Source: Iphione sp. A-MEVVRFRX5
Lineage: Eukaryota
DNA length: 64,000 nucleotides
Assembly: GCA_976226885.1 (NCBI GenBank)
Contig: OZ320317.1
Coordinates: forward strand, 40,858,001-40,922,000
Direction: 5' to 3'
Shown: one piece after another, positions 33,673 through 47,135 of the stretch
Layout: each line of letters opens with the position of its first letter
How positions within the stretch are numbered: position 1 is the first letter of the stretch
Program-made: the position numbers and the translations under genes
The notes under the pieces: model-generated
Databases searched by the model: none
What the model was told of the DNA's origin: nothing
Seen by the model: only the letters and a program-made list of their open reading frames with translations

Positions 33673-33871
33673 GGATACACTATCCATGACGGTTTGTATC
33701 CTTAAGGATGAACCAAAAACATGATAAATGCAAAATACATGTAAAACACATTCATAATACATGAATACACACAGAATACACATATATTCATATGTATGCA
33801 GTGTGTTGGCATGTATCATGCCTTTATTTTACGTGTATTTTGTGTATAATATGTTTTTCTTGCGTGTACCC
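33673..33871. mobile_element. TTAA-flanked fold-back mini-element (Kolobok/piggyBac-type target, inferred)
   Basis: ttaa|ggatacac...gtgtaccc|ttaa; internal arms are imperfect inverted repeats. Confidence 0.5.
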
Positions 33872-36800
33872 TTAAGGATGAAATTTAATGTCATCCTCTA
33901 CGTCACAACAGGTCATATAAGTGCCGACCTAACTCCAACAAAAACACCAGGGGGCCCACCTACTTGGGTTTAAGTGGAGACAATGAGAGAAAGGGCACGA
34001 GGAGTGGAAAACAAGCTAAAGTGCCACACACACCTGAAAGTAGTCATAATAAGAGACACATAAGCAGCTAAAAGAGAAACAATCCGTAGGGATAACGTAA
34101 GACGAGCAACAATAGACAGAACGCATACAGCACTGGATAAATTACAGGGAAGGCCAAGGGAGAAAGGCACACCGAAGAGATAAATGCCTTCCGGGGCGGG
34201 CGTTTGTGTGGGTAGTAAGTAGATATAATGGGAGGGCGGACGGCGGAGAGTAGGGGGATGGTGAGAGGACCTCAGGGCGGGTGAAGAGTAGAGAGAGAAA
34301 ATTGGGAGAGACACTAGTAAAACAGGTGTCAGCACAAAGGCGATGTTGGTCAAACGGGAGAGCAGGTCGCCTACCTCGGTCTGCCCTGGGTAGGTGCGCT
34401 ATGGAACGGCCTTGCCTGCTGGCTGACCGTTCAGCCACACTCGGCAACACTCGGCAACGCTCGGGCGGATTCGGGCTCCGGAAGGATGGGTGGGTGAGTG
34501 CGTAGAAAGTAGAGGGCGTGAGTCCCTCGCATTCCTTCAGCCTCCTGCTGATTCACGACAGAGGTCACCTTGTCCTTCGAACGGTTTCCTGCTATCGGGA
34601 CTAGCGACTAAGTTTAACATGCATGCCGACACACATGGCGGCTTGTGATGGGCAAACGGGCAGTAGCGGGGAATGGGGATGATTGAACGGACAGGTGGGA
34701 GTTGAAACAACAAATAGGGGAATATGTCTAAAAAGGGGGCTTTCTTCTCATAATCTGTTCCTTATTGGCCGTCTCTAAATCAAGCGGGAGACACGAGTGC
34801 ATGCTATTGGCCGGTTTGACGACAGGGCAGCGCTCAGGGCTTTGCTGCATGCAAAATGGTGACGTATAAAATGGGAGTGATGATTGCAGGATAAGTCTCG
34901 ACACGACCTGCAAGAGAGGCCTAAGGGAGGAGCAGGGCGAAGCACATTGGTCGCGATGGAAGCTCCAAACTACTTGCGTGCGTGCTTACGTGTACGTTTG
35001 TGCGAGTGTTTTGGATGGCAGAAAGACATAATTCCGTGGAAATGGTGACAAGTGCATCAATTAGGGGAACACAAAGGTTTTGCAACAAAAGTCGGAATCA
35101 AACAGGTTTAGGTAGATGAAGAGATAATTATGAACATGGGAATATAACGTATTTGATATCAGAAACCTGGTATGAATATTCCCAAAAAAGGTCCATCCGT
35201 GCAAACAAGTTGATACTGAACTCCACGTTTGTGCCCTCAATATCAAAAAGATCGAAAAGTATGAGAATGTGAAACGGCATCTACAGTGGCAGAGAGTACA
35301 GCAATGCCCGTGTAATACGGTTAGTAGGGGAGTGAAGGGGGTAGGAGACAGGCAAGCGAAAACACCGAGATCAGTAAAGCGAGAGATATAAAGAAAGGAC
35401 TGATGGAAGATCACAAAAAGCACACTTTAAAGAGATTACTGAGATAAAAAGATTACGCAGACACTGTGGTGACGAAAATGCAGAGAGCAAGAAATCAATT
35501 TCAGATAGGGAGAAAGTGCCGAAAGCATTGAATTTCAGGGAGAAAATGGGCATACACATGTAAATGTTTTACTTCAGGAGGTCGCAGCCTGCTATGTTGT
35601 TTCTCCATTTATGAGGGTCTGGCCTGCTTCTTGCACGTGTGTATGTTACTTTTAACCTATGTTAGTCACTCTGCGCATTTTCCCTTACTTTAGGAGCTCG
35701 GCGTTGCCTCGCTAATCCATTCTGTGCGAATATATCATGTACAACCGTCTACTCGGTATGTATCTATCACAGAATCAATGCGCGACAGAGAGGGAGGAAG
35801 GGCAAAAGGAAAAGAGGCGAAGAGAGAAAGACAGAAAGAAAGGCATGGGAGAAGAAAGTGGAAGACCTCCAGAAAAAATGGACATGGAGGATGGTACGAA
35901 ATAGCGAAAGAGAGCCAGATAGCCCTAGACAGAGACCGAGAGGCAGAGACAAAATACCACAGATATAGAGACAGGAGATGGGTGAAAGAGCGAGCAACCG
36001 GGCAATATATGACCCGTTGGCACAGGCAGACGGCCCCAGGACCTCCGTGGAAGGTGTGGCTGTAGGGGTAGGGGCGTGTAGCAGTTAAAATAGGGGTAGT
36101 TCTGTTCAGTCACGTGGCAGGACAGATTGACTGGTCAATAGGGGACGACATGGTCGTGGGCGGTCATCAATAATTCAGAGCTGTCCAGTCCCGAGGCCAA
36201 CAGGGGTCCCAGCCAGAATTGCCGACGGTGACCTACTGCAGTTGGTGTATGTGTGTTTGTGCAGGGAGTCGGTTAAGTTGATCAGAGGATGGGCAAGGGA
36301 AGTGTTTCGAAGGACCAAGTTATGAGGTGAAGATTGTTTTTAGGCTGGATACTGCGTTTCAGTGCTGTGGATGCAAGTTTTTCGGCTCTGACGAATACAT
36401 TTGAGTAGATATTATTGATAAATAATGTACCGGTAGCTAAATTTCGAGGACGGCCGTTTTGGGTATAGCTTAGTATACCAAACATTCTGTGCAACCGTGC
36501 AGAGTGTCAGAAGAGGTCTTCTCGATAACAGCCAACTTGCCTGTTTGAGACTTAGAGCACGATATACAATATAATGATATTAAGCCCATAAAGATGGTGA
36601 AATAAGTGCCATTATGATAGTATGGTTCTCATGCATATTTCTAACTATTCTTGTCTCATCAGCCAGATGTGTTTTCGTTAGATACTGCAGGTCACCCATT
36701 AAGAAGGGCAAAGTTTAAGGGAGTACCCAACAAGTTTAGGGAGAGTTCTTAGATATCCCACTGTCCCAAATATATAAGGTGACTCCTTCAGGATAAAACA

Positions 36801-39499
36801 GGATGGGTTTGGTTGTTGTTTCCTCGAGGTGTAAAGCAGGAGGAGTGTCCAGTCCAATTTATCATGTTCTTCCTGGTAGCATACGAATCGTGACAAATTG
36901 GGACATGTGCATATAAATTTGATGTGAAAGTTGGGATCTGCATGGGCGACGAATATACACACTGAAAGAAGGAACTGAATTTGTAGAGTACCAATGAAAC
37001 ACGGCATACAATGATTCGAAAACTAACTGTAATACCTCTTTGTTCATGTGTACATCTTGCACGGTAGCACTGTAACACTGTCGATTCACAGCGCACAGTC
37101 CTGTTGATGGGCTGGAAAATGTCACTGTCTGAGATAATTTATGATCTAATACGTATCGTGATAAAGGACACGCCCTGTTGGTATGCCATGGACACATACT
37201 GGTTACTGTTAAATGAGTACTTTGGTTGAGGCTATATCATTACCCGCGACATCTAGTAGGACGGTCAGATGCCGTGGTTATGACCACAGGGCTAGGACCC
37301 CGGACAACGTTGTCTGGCTATCCTTTACCATTTCGGCCTGTCCCAGTAGTTCCGATCTTTAATTTATGAAACCAAGAAGTACAGAGTACCGTCCGTGAAT
37401 GTTTCTCACAGAGGGCACAAGAAACAGTGGTACAGTGAAACGTAAGACGAAGGTGTGGCCTTGAGTAGCATCCTGTTTCCTGGGGGAAGGCGACTTGTCT
37501 GACAGAGGACACTGAAGTTAGCACTCAGGGATATCCGTCGCTTGGATGACTGCAGAACAAGCAGGAGCTTCTGCGATCGACCGTAAACTAGTGACTTGCA
37601 ACGAGGGAGCGCCGACAAATAGATCTTAAACAGAGCAGTGATCACGAGGCACCACGGGGCCCGCTGGTGGACTACACGCCAAAATACTCACGGTCTGTAG
37701 TCATGGTTGAGCAGATATCTGCCACACCCAAACCAGCAGACCGTCTTTAGTCTAGTCACTACCCATTTGTCCCTGAAAATCAGAAGTTCTAAGTATCTTT
37801 TACACTCTAAGATGTCTGTCAATTTGTGAGAATATACTAAAGGACAAGCTGGGAGCTATTTTCAGCAGTGTTTGACATGTCAATAGCGTGGATGTTTTCA
37901 AGAGGGCGGTTCTGAATATTACGTACCGATCATAGTTAAATCACAAGAGTTGCCGCAATTTAGGTTTTCGGCAAACGTTTTTAGCATGTCTGTAAGTTGG
38001 ATGACAGGAGCCCGGTTCAGAGACGTTTTTTTCAACCGGGACATTCAGGCATGAAATTCGTTATAATCATTGCTTTTGCCTGCCAGCTGTGAGCTCTCCC
38101 GAGATGTGAATTTCACAGAAATAAATAGAGATTTACACGATGTATATATATGTTCTTACTCATTAACATATTCGAATTCATTTAATAAGTTAATTTGCGT
38201 GTGCTAAATACCGTGAATTACGTTTCCTGTACTTGGGCATCCGACCGTGTTATTTGTGTTACCTAATACTCAGTAATAAGACCAATACCAGTACATTGCC
38301 AACATCTGGATACTTTAGAAACAGCAGATTAATTAAGTTGCAGTGCCGTTTCGCCAGTCGCTGTCTTGTCCGCTGTAGATAACGAGTCAGCATAATATTG
38401 TCTTTCACTACTATAATTGAACAGTCAGCATTAGATGCTCAACTCAAGTTCAAAAGTATTCATCTAAAGAGCTGGGACTGGGATGTTTCAGCGCAAGTTG
38501 TTTATTCATAATATAAGAAAGGTCACTGACACATAGTCCTCCCTGTAATTCAACTTTCTCGTGGATCCTCCTTAATGATAGAGCCTTTCGTGCTGTATTG
38601 CAGATCAGTATAATTTTCGTTACTGATTAACGAATATTTGGTTCTCATAAAACATTACTTTATCAAACATTTTCATCTGAAATGTTACAGAAAGATTAAC
38701 GTCTCTGTTCACATACACAGAGGAAATGGTTAATTCAAACATGTAAACAGCGCAATGTTCTTCTCAAGAGTCTAAATAACTATAGATAATTATATCGTAT
38801 TATGTAGTAAATTAATTAAAACAAAATGTCGGTCGTAGTATTTATACGGAGGCTTTTATTGTGTGAACCAACAGCTCAATGTTTCTTATAATTATGCCCC
38901 CTTCATTAGCACCAATTCAGCATGAAATCGCCATTTTTAATCGTTGAGTTGAATCAATAACAACGGTGGTAGATTCTTGCAGTTAAACGCATACAAAACG
39001 AATATGTATGGCCTTGTTGCTGTCGATCTCGCGATACACAGTCTGACCATCCGTCATACCAGACCCATGCGAGAAGCTAAAGTACGCACACTTATTCTTC
39101 ATCTAGTCTCATCGCTCTGCGTAACGTCCGCTTAGACATGATCTTCTTGGTTGATGTGCCCCTAACCCTCTACCGAGAAGATGGATGAAGCGATTCGGAA
39201 CAAAAACCAACGTGAAGACGAAAAAGTGTACAATGCTGAATTAAAGGGATGAGTTTCTGGATGCATAGGCAACTGCTACATCCAAAACTCACCAGGGGGA
39301 GTCAAAGGTGACCGACAGGTGACGCCACGCAGCAGTGGTCGATAATAGGGGAAGCGAATCCATAGCGCATGCGCTTCAGCTGCTTCGGGTGACATCAGGG
39401 CCACCAGCCAATCACCATTGGCGTTACATTACTTGGCATCCGGGGCCCTAGTTCACGTCGACGAATGTAGGAGGCGTTCGATACTGGCTGGAGTGGATT

Positions 39500-39790
39500 T
39501 CCTCTGATGTTTCTAATATCCCTCACCTTCTGCCTCCTTCCTCAGGCAGCCATTTGAAATATAGCAACGGGCACACAGTTCAAAGCCTATCAGGCTTGAA
39601 GGAGGCGAAGTGAACAGCTTTTTCAATAAAATGACTGTTTGCTTGAAGTGCCTGAACGAGATCCGAGTCATGAACAACGTTTTAGATATCGACCTGTTCG
39701 CGCCAAAACCCCGCAATATAATAGTGGTAATGCCAATATACATTTCTATATATGCGGGTATATGCAGTCATGACATGGGTTAAGTCTGTT
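39500..39790 (-). pseudogene. Penelope-like GIY-YIG endonuclease remnant
   Basis: MYIGITT..LR, then in a shifted frame EQVDI*N....DL...ANSHFI (YIG.T...L..R..EH..DI...H pattern). Confidence 0.45.
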
Positions 39791-39899
39791 ACAAGCATAC
39801 TAATTAATCAGGTGATCTGTAAGAGCATTTAAGGGATGAGCTGTGTGCAATCAAGTCTTTTTTTGCTTGTTGCTTATAGTGAGAGCAGGTGTTTTTTCA

Positions 39900-42200
39900 C
39901 AATACAGTAACGGTATGTTTACTGTCTTTATTTCTCTTCAAATATGGGGGAGAGGATTTGTAGTATGCAAGGGATAAAGATGCCCCATTTAGGACCGTTC
40001 TTTGCCCTGGTAAACACGATTTTGAGACCAATCTGGAACAGATTTGGTGGCATCTACCTGCCTCCTCTGCCATGTAGAAGAGGGTGTGGGAATGGAATGA
40101 AGAGTTAACATATGTTAGCCCTTACCTTCCTCCTAAAGTCTTCTTTGCAAAGGATCCTATTGAAGTGGGAATAAATCCTATGATAGAGGTGTGATCCAAT
40201 ATTTAAAATGGCCACAGACTGTCTATACTTCATGTGAGCAATGTGGGCCTAGCCTTGCAATATTCTGTGTAAGTCTTGAGAGAATTGAGACTGGTTGGGG
40301 TCCAGATTTTTCACCTGGTCCAAAGAAGCTGTATATGTTGTGGGCCTGGCCTGCAATAGTCCATGGAACTCCTGAGAGAATTAGGACCAGTTCAGATCCT
40401 GACTTTAAAAATGAACATAGGATGCCAAGTTTTGGGTTAGGAACTAGGGGTCCTGCCCACAGTACCTGAGGGAAGTTCCAAACTGACAGGATCAAAGTCC
40501 ATCCACCTTCCCGACTACCCACCTCCTCCTTATGTCATAGGAATGTAGACGTGGTTGTAAGTATTGACTTTGTTTTACCATCCTTTTGGGCATACACACA
40601 AAACTGTCCAATCATAGACATGAGTGTAAATGTGGGGCAACCGTCCCGCTAGATATTTACATGCTCCCACCTGTAACTCAGCCTGTCATGTAGCTGATCA
40701 AATTGAAATTCTTTACATGCCTATGTGCACACAAAATTTCAAGGCGCTGATAATGATTTTGTGCAAATCTAGAGCAGAATCTTTGAGGGGCTCCCATTCA
40801 ACTTTGGGTGGGGGAGATGGCAATGGGCCCGGCCATAAAAGGGCCTGCCATTGGAGGATTGATTCCCCACTTGGGTACAACCTGGACCAGGGCCTATATG
40901 GCATATGCCTGAACTATTTGAGGCCTCTAGCAAAACTTCTTGCAAAACTAGAGCACAAACACTGACTGACCCCTTCCGCCCCCATGTGTGGAGAGTCAGC
41001 AAGGTGGGGGGGAAGGGTGAGTCCACACATGAGAAAAGAGATGGTACAAACATAGTCAGGGGATGGTCCAAACATGATATAGGGGACAGTCTATGGATCC
41101 TTGTTTCTTATTCTGACAAGTCTAGACCTGGCTGTAAGACCCAGCCAGCACACCACATTTTAAAAACGTTATATAAAATTGTCTCACCCATCTTGCCTTC
41201 TCCCTATTCCAGAGACACCAATGCTCCCTTTAAAAAGACAGTCAGCAGATTCCTCCCATTTTATGACCCAGCCCAAAGTAAGCTAAACAGGTGTGAGCAA
41301 CCCCCCTCTTTCACAGCCCACCCGGAAGGTAATTACCAGATCAAAAGAGATTCCTACTTTGTTATGACCCAACTCGAAAAGGAACTGACAGGTGAAGAAT
41401 ATTTTTCTCCCTCTTTATGGCCCTACTCCTGGGTGTTCGGCACATTCAGCGAATTCCTACCTTTATGACTCAGCTCTGAGGGTGGATGAGCCGATTACAA
41501 ATATTCCTCCTTCCTATGAGCCGGATCCGGATGTCGGCCTTTTCAAAAGGCCTACACTCCTTCGTCACCACCCATCCAATCATCCCTCCTATCCGCTGAC
41601 AGGCCTTATGGCCTTGAGTCCAAATTTTATGAGAATTCTGCTACACTTTTAGCTTAAACCGACATTTTTGGCCCTCATTAATCTTTACCAACTGATTGGG
41701 GAATTTCTAGGGCTCCCATTAGTCTTTGCTTGGAATCCCTTTGATCTCCTGGGTCCCGCCGTGGGGTACTTACTTATGTGAGCCAACCAGAGCAACTCTC
41801 TCCCACAACCGCCCAATTGGATCAGCCCTTTTTCCATCCAATGGGAGAGGAGAACCTAGGACCAGGGAGGGATATGAGGAGCATGCACATCCTCCCCTAA
41901 AAGAATCCAGATCCAGAATCCAGCACTTTCATCTTCCTCCTCAAGTCTCCCTTGGCCAAGGCCAGACCAGAGCCCTGCCGGAGGAACCTGCCTGGGACCT
42001 GAATCCAGAGGCTCTGGTCTGCCTCATAATCCCTAGACCTACCACCTAATGAAAGTTTAATCTGCCACTCATCTGCCATCTTGGTTTTGCTGTCAGGAGG
42101 GGAGAGTATCATCCCATTGATGCACTCTGAATAAAGCCCTCTAAAATCCATTCTCGGGCTCCTTCTTCCTCTATTTCACCCCATGAGGGCGATAAAGTTA
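39900..42200 (-). pseudogene. Possible second decayed DIRS1-like gag/RT remnant, divergent from the plus-strand copy
   Basis: LAGRLPHIYTHVYDWTVL (GRL..F...W...D.WVL) and IYSFFGPGEKSG..P...L (FYS..F.VPKK.G..RP..L). Confidence 0.3.
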
Positions 42201-42249
42201 AGTCTTTCAACACTGAAATAAGCAACACGGGACATGGGCATAAGCACAA

Positions 42250-45230
42250 AACTTTATTAATCCCTCTCGGGAGGAAGAAACATCAGATTGGAGACCCAGA
42301 ACTGGAAGCAGCCCTGGATCACGGAAGAAGAGGAGAACTCAGGACTCAAGAATAGCGCAAGATAAGAGGTGCTTTAATCCACAATACCCACGCAAATGAT
42401 TCCTGAGGAAAGTGACTTCCTCCGCGTCAAAAAGAGAGCCCAAGAGCATCTGAAATGTCACAAAATATTATGACTTAGGCCAATTAACATTCATATGTTT
42501 TGTCTTTTTCTAACCTAACCAAACTACAATGTTATAGACACATTATTATGTGATGTTATCTGAAGGTTGTGTTTTATTAAATATTCTAGGCCTGTTTCAT
42601 CCTAATATTACTTAAATATTATGACTTAGGCTAATTAACATTTCTATGCTTTATAAATAAAACTTTTCAACCTAACCAGACTTCAATGTTGTAGATATAT
42701 ACCTTATTATGTAACATTATCTGAAGGTTGTGATTTAATGTTAATACAATGTTGTGTGAAGGTCTTTTTCTAACCTAACCAAACTACACATTGTAGACAC
42801 ATTATATTATAATGTTACCTGAAGGTCATGCTCTAACATTTATACAATGTTGTGTCAAGGTTTTTTTCTAACCTAACCAAACTACAATGTTGTAGATACG
42901 TTGTGTCTTAGCTGGGTTGTCCCTCTAGGCAGAGGGACTTGGTCAAGATGGCCAAATCAAGGTATGCCTCCTCAAAGAAGGAGAAGTAGAAGGCTAAGAG
43001 GAAGAGGTCAGGCTCAAGCTCCAGGTCCAGGTCATCATCTTCCAAAGCCTCCTCCAGGACCCCTGTCTGAAGGGATTCACTCCCCCTAACCTGCAGGATC
43101 AGGACACCTAAGCATCTGTCTACCATCCAGAGCAGTGGTTCCAGTGGGAATCAAGGCCAGAGGAGAGGGTCCCCAATCCTGCTCCAGCAATGATGAACAC
43201 TTTGCCCTGGCCAAACAGGGGGACCCTGCCGAACAGGTGGCCTTCATGGCCAACCACCAAACGAGGGAAATTATCAGATTTCGGCTCTGTCCACGCTACA
43301 GAGACTGTGCCAGAAAGGGCCCCAGTAGGATTAGATCCTTCTCTGACAGAACATTCCAGACCAAGTGAAGGAGTGTTCTGAGGCCAGGAAGCTGGAGCAG
43401 GCGCTCTTGGGAAGAGACAAATATCTGTGGGCAGTGCCCCCAGCCAAGGACAGGCAAGCAGTGCTGAGAATCAGGGCACCCCAGGAGATGCTACCAGGCT
43501 AGCCCATCGGAAACATAAAAATTACCAGCACTGGCAGGCTAAGAGGTCTTTCAACAAGCAGCACCACAGCAGCAGCAAGCACAAGATGAAATGAAGGTCA
43601 TGAAGTCTGCTCACATAGACTCCTCTTGTTTGTATTGCTTGTGGGTTTGTGGGTATGAACTCTGGGCCCTTCAAAGCAGGCAGGGTGGCCTCCTAGTCTG
43701 ATCAGCGGGACCTAATCACACGAAATAGGTTTATTCTGACCCCAGCCAGAGGTTCTGGACTCACAGGTGTTCTCACACAAGAGAACACCCCGTCCTTATC
43801 AGATTCCTACAAGGTCCACAGGTGGAGGAGGTGATGGGGAGGACTTCAGTCCAGACAAGGGGTTTGTGGTTCACTCACCCTCTCGCACAGTAACCTTGCT
43901 CCATGAGAACAAGCTGGAGATCCAGGAGGTTTGCAAGGACAGCCTGACAAAGGAATCCCCCCTCAGTCAGGCAACTAGCCTGCTTGGCTAGCAATCTCCA
44001 GGCAGCATCACATGCCATTCCGCTGGCTAACTTCTACACCATGAACATAGTCTTCATAAAGAAAGACGCTTTAGGAGGTGTACAGAGTGGCTATGAGGTG
44101 AAGGACCAGCTCTAAGATGGGTCCAGGAGGGATCTATCTTGGTTAATATGACATGAAGCGGTGAACTCCAGATGCATTAAGGATCCAACAATACAGCTGG
44201 AGATCTACACCAATGCTTCCAAGTGAGGCTGGGCCACATACATGTAGAAAATATAGGCATATCCTATGGAGAGGCCTGGATGACAGGCTATGACCACAGA
44301 CATATTAATGAACTAGAACTCTGAGCAATAATGGCTGCCTGGATGAAGGACAAGAGCCTCTGTAGAAGAAAACATATGAAATGGTACGTAGAAAACACTA
44401 TCCCTTTGATGACTTTCTGCAACAGGGGTTCAGACATGTCTACTCTCCTGCAATGCCTTGGCCAGGGACATTAAAGTTTTCTGTGAGAAGATGGGTATTA
44501 CCCTAATGATGACCTTCTACCCAGGAGGAAAGAGTAGTAGGGCAGACAATGCCAGCAGAATGCTCAAACAATGTGGGGAAGTGGGCATCAACTTATTCGT
44601 CCTGGCATTGCTGCTCGCTCAGGAAAGATCTATTGACATTGACTTGTTTGTTTCCAGACTGAATCAGACTGGTCAGAAGTACATATAGATCACCCCAGCT
44701 TTCCATATTTAGACAGAGGAATCCTATTGGTTGAACAATGTTCCAATGACGGTAATTATTGTATCTATCATTAGAAACTGTGGTCAGATGATTCTGTTGA
44801 AGTGATACAATGTTACAAATGATAAGATTACTTATAATTAGTTAAGCAGAGAGGCTAGGCCTCGGATTGAGACTATATAATACACTATTTTGGAAAAAAA
44901 TTAACAGTTTGGAAACTGGCAGTCTTCATATTCATAGTAACCTTATTGACACACTTTACAATAAACATGCTTGTTATGCCCTGGGAGCCAGACCCTCAGG
45001 CATTCACCAGCAATTAGTTCAACTCGCATTGGTCAGTAATGAATGCTTTTATTTTTCCGCCACTTTCACTCATCTCTAGGGCGCTATAAAAGACCTACCA
45101 GGAGAGGCCAAAAGGATTCCTGATCCCGGTGAAGGACCCAACCTTGTTTAAGGGTGGCCAAGATGCTACCCCTGATGATGGACGGGGGACAAATCTGCAC
45201 TCATCTGGAGCCCCAAGGAGACTCACCCCC
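42250..45230 (+). mobile_element. Decayed DIRS1-clade element: RS-rich gag, RT end, RNase H, methyltransferase-like domain
   Basis: MAKSRYASSKK...RSRSSS; TVTLLHENK.EI...SLLG; AASHAIPLANFY; IYTNASK*GW; HINELEL*A; ENT; PGGKSSRADNASR; IDLFVSRLN; WEPDPQA...W...FIFPPLSLISRAL. Confidence 0.8.
42455..42908. mobile_element. AT-rich tandem array with CTAACCTAACC motifs inserted into the DIRS gag (Helentron/DINE-like non-autonomous element, inferred)
   Basis: Four imperfect ~100-150-bp units, each with taacctaacc and tgaagg; abrupt composition change versus the flanking gag-like sequence. Confidence 0.55.
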
Positions 45231-45916
45231 TGCAAGTAGTCTAGTACTCCGGGGCTATGACAAGGTTAGAAAGGAAGGGACAGATACCTATTTAAGACAT
45301 TAAGGTCAGTATACCCTTTTTTGTTTGTAGAAATTTCTTCTGTTTGTTAGCTTAGATATGGCTAATAAGAGAAAAGACGCAAGGGGCATAATGTAACATA
45401 GCTTTAAGGAATCTTCCTTGTCCCACAAAACTTCAAACTGTCTGGTAACAGAGAGGACGAAAGTGGTAGAAAAAGGGAAATATTTAGTCATAGCCTATGG
45501 GTTTAGTAGGTTTAGTAGGCTAACAATTTAATGTACAGAAGATTGAAAGTGACGACCAATCATTGCCTAAATGCATTCTGGTTTTCTTGGCGGTTCAAGT
45601 TACTAAACCACTGAGTTAATTCAAGGAACCTAATTTAATTACTAATCATGATAGATATAACGAAATTATGCCTTAAGACCTTTTAATCCCTGCATTAAGC
45701 CCCCTACCTAGAAGCTACCGGGAGATAAATTAAATGATTGTCATGGCATTCTCTCCTGTGTTGTTCCAAGTTGATATGTTAGATACAGAATCTTAGTCTG
45801 ACGAAGAAACATGGATTGAGGCCACGTGTGACTATTTCATGATGGTTTTGATCAAATGAGTAGGTTCAAGAATCTCATGAAGATAACAATTTGTGGCCTA
45901 AAGGCTTTTTCAATTA

Positions 45917-46094
45917 CAGTAGAGACTCAGTTAAAGACCATTTCCCAGGGTAGACCATCCCTGGGGAGAGACCAAGATTAGCCAGAACCAAAACGCAAAT
46001 CTTCAAAGAAAGGTTCTTCACAGGGGAGACCATCTCTCAGGAGAGACCAAAATCAGTCAGTCACAAGTATGTTCTCCCAAGCGAGGCTCTACTG
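45917..46094. mobile_element. pogo/Tigger-like MITE, 178 bp
   Basis: ta|cagtagagactc...gaggctctactg (11/12 TIR match); internal gagacca repeats. Confidence 0.7.
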
Positions 46095-47024
46095 CATCCA
46101 TAAGTTATAAGGAAGAAATGACAAAGAACAGGTAAGACATAGTTGGAACTGTGTATATTTCAGTCATAGCCTGAGGCTACATTTTACTTCATTCAAGTTT
46201 CACGATGCCTAACGACAGATGCTCAATATGGCAGAAACATTAAAACTAATGAAACCACAGGATGCAGCACAAAATGCTCAACAATGCGAGCCTCAGCTAC
46301 TCTCACCTTTATTCATATGAAAACTTTATCCATTAACTTATGGGTACAAGACTTATGAATTCATAACCCTTGAAATACTCTATCCTAACTTCTTTTTCTA
46401 ACTCAGCACATTTCAAATTGGCAAAGACATGTAAATAGTCTTCGCATAGCGACAGAAAGTTTATTCTCCAAGTGAAATGAAATAGTTGGAATGTTGATAA
46501 AAAAAAGACATCGCAGGCGCTAAGAAAAGCATTGTAGAAAAATAAGAAACTCATAGGACAAATGAAGGTTAACTGAGAAATCTTTGGGCAATGAGTTATT
46601 TTTAGCATAGCCCTGGCATTGCTGTCTACTTGGCCGCTAACAACGCACTTACTCACCCATATAGACTACCTCTACTTAAAAGTCAGTCATCATCCAACAA
46701 AGCCGATGTAAGTCCTTGTAATCCCACTCCACTCCCCAACCCATCTAAATGAAACGAGGCCTCTCTTATCGACTGTTTAAGCTCTAGTAGTCGTAAGTTG
46801 AAGCTCTTAACAAACTCCCAAATCGTCAAATATCAAATATGCATGCAAGTATATATATATATGAGATTGGCAAGAAACCGTAACATTTGAAGGACGTAAT
46901 TCGAGCAAAACACTCGAACCTCGAGCTGCATCCTCTCGTCACTCTTTGTGGTGGATTCCTTTTGTGGTGCAATACTGTCGAGGCGAATGCAGTAAAGAAC
47001 CATTTCCTCGCCCTAAAACCAGGT

Positions 47025-47135
47025 AGAGGAAGAGGAGGATGAAGAATAGGAAGCAGAAGAGGGAGAAGAAGGAGAAGAAGAAGAAGAAGAAGAAGAAGAA
47101 GCAGAAGAAGTAGAAGAAGAGGAAAAAGAGGAAAA
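47025..47135. repeat. (GAA)n / GA-rich microsatellite
   Basis: Direct reading. Confidence 0.9.

Noticed and set aside
33900-36300. Many 60-130-aa ORFs in purine-skewed DNA (similar tracts at 2823-3249, 25999-26532, 46939-47217, 48217-48716)
   Set aside because: Low-complexity translations that arise from strand compositional skew
37318-37645. CALCEKHSRTVLC as a BEL/Pao gag zinc finger
   Set aside because: Single short motif with no accompanying protease, RT or integrase evidence
39251-39296. Minus-strand CTGGTGA...GAAAC as a hammerhead
   Set aside because: Core altered, and the GAAA is paired within a long hairpin
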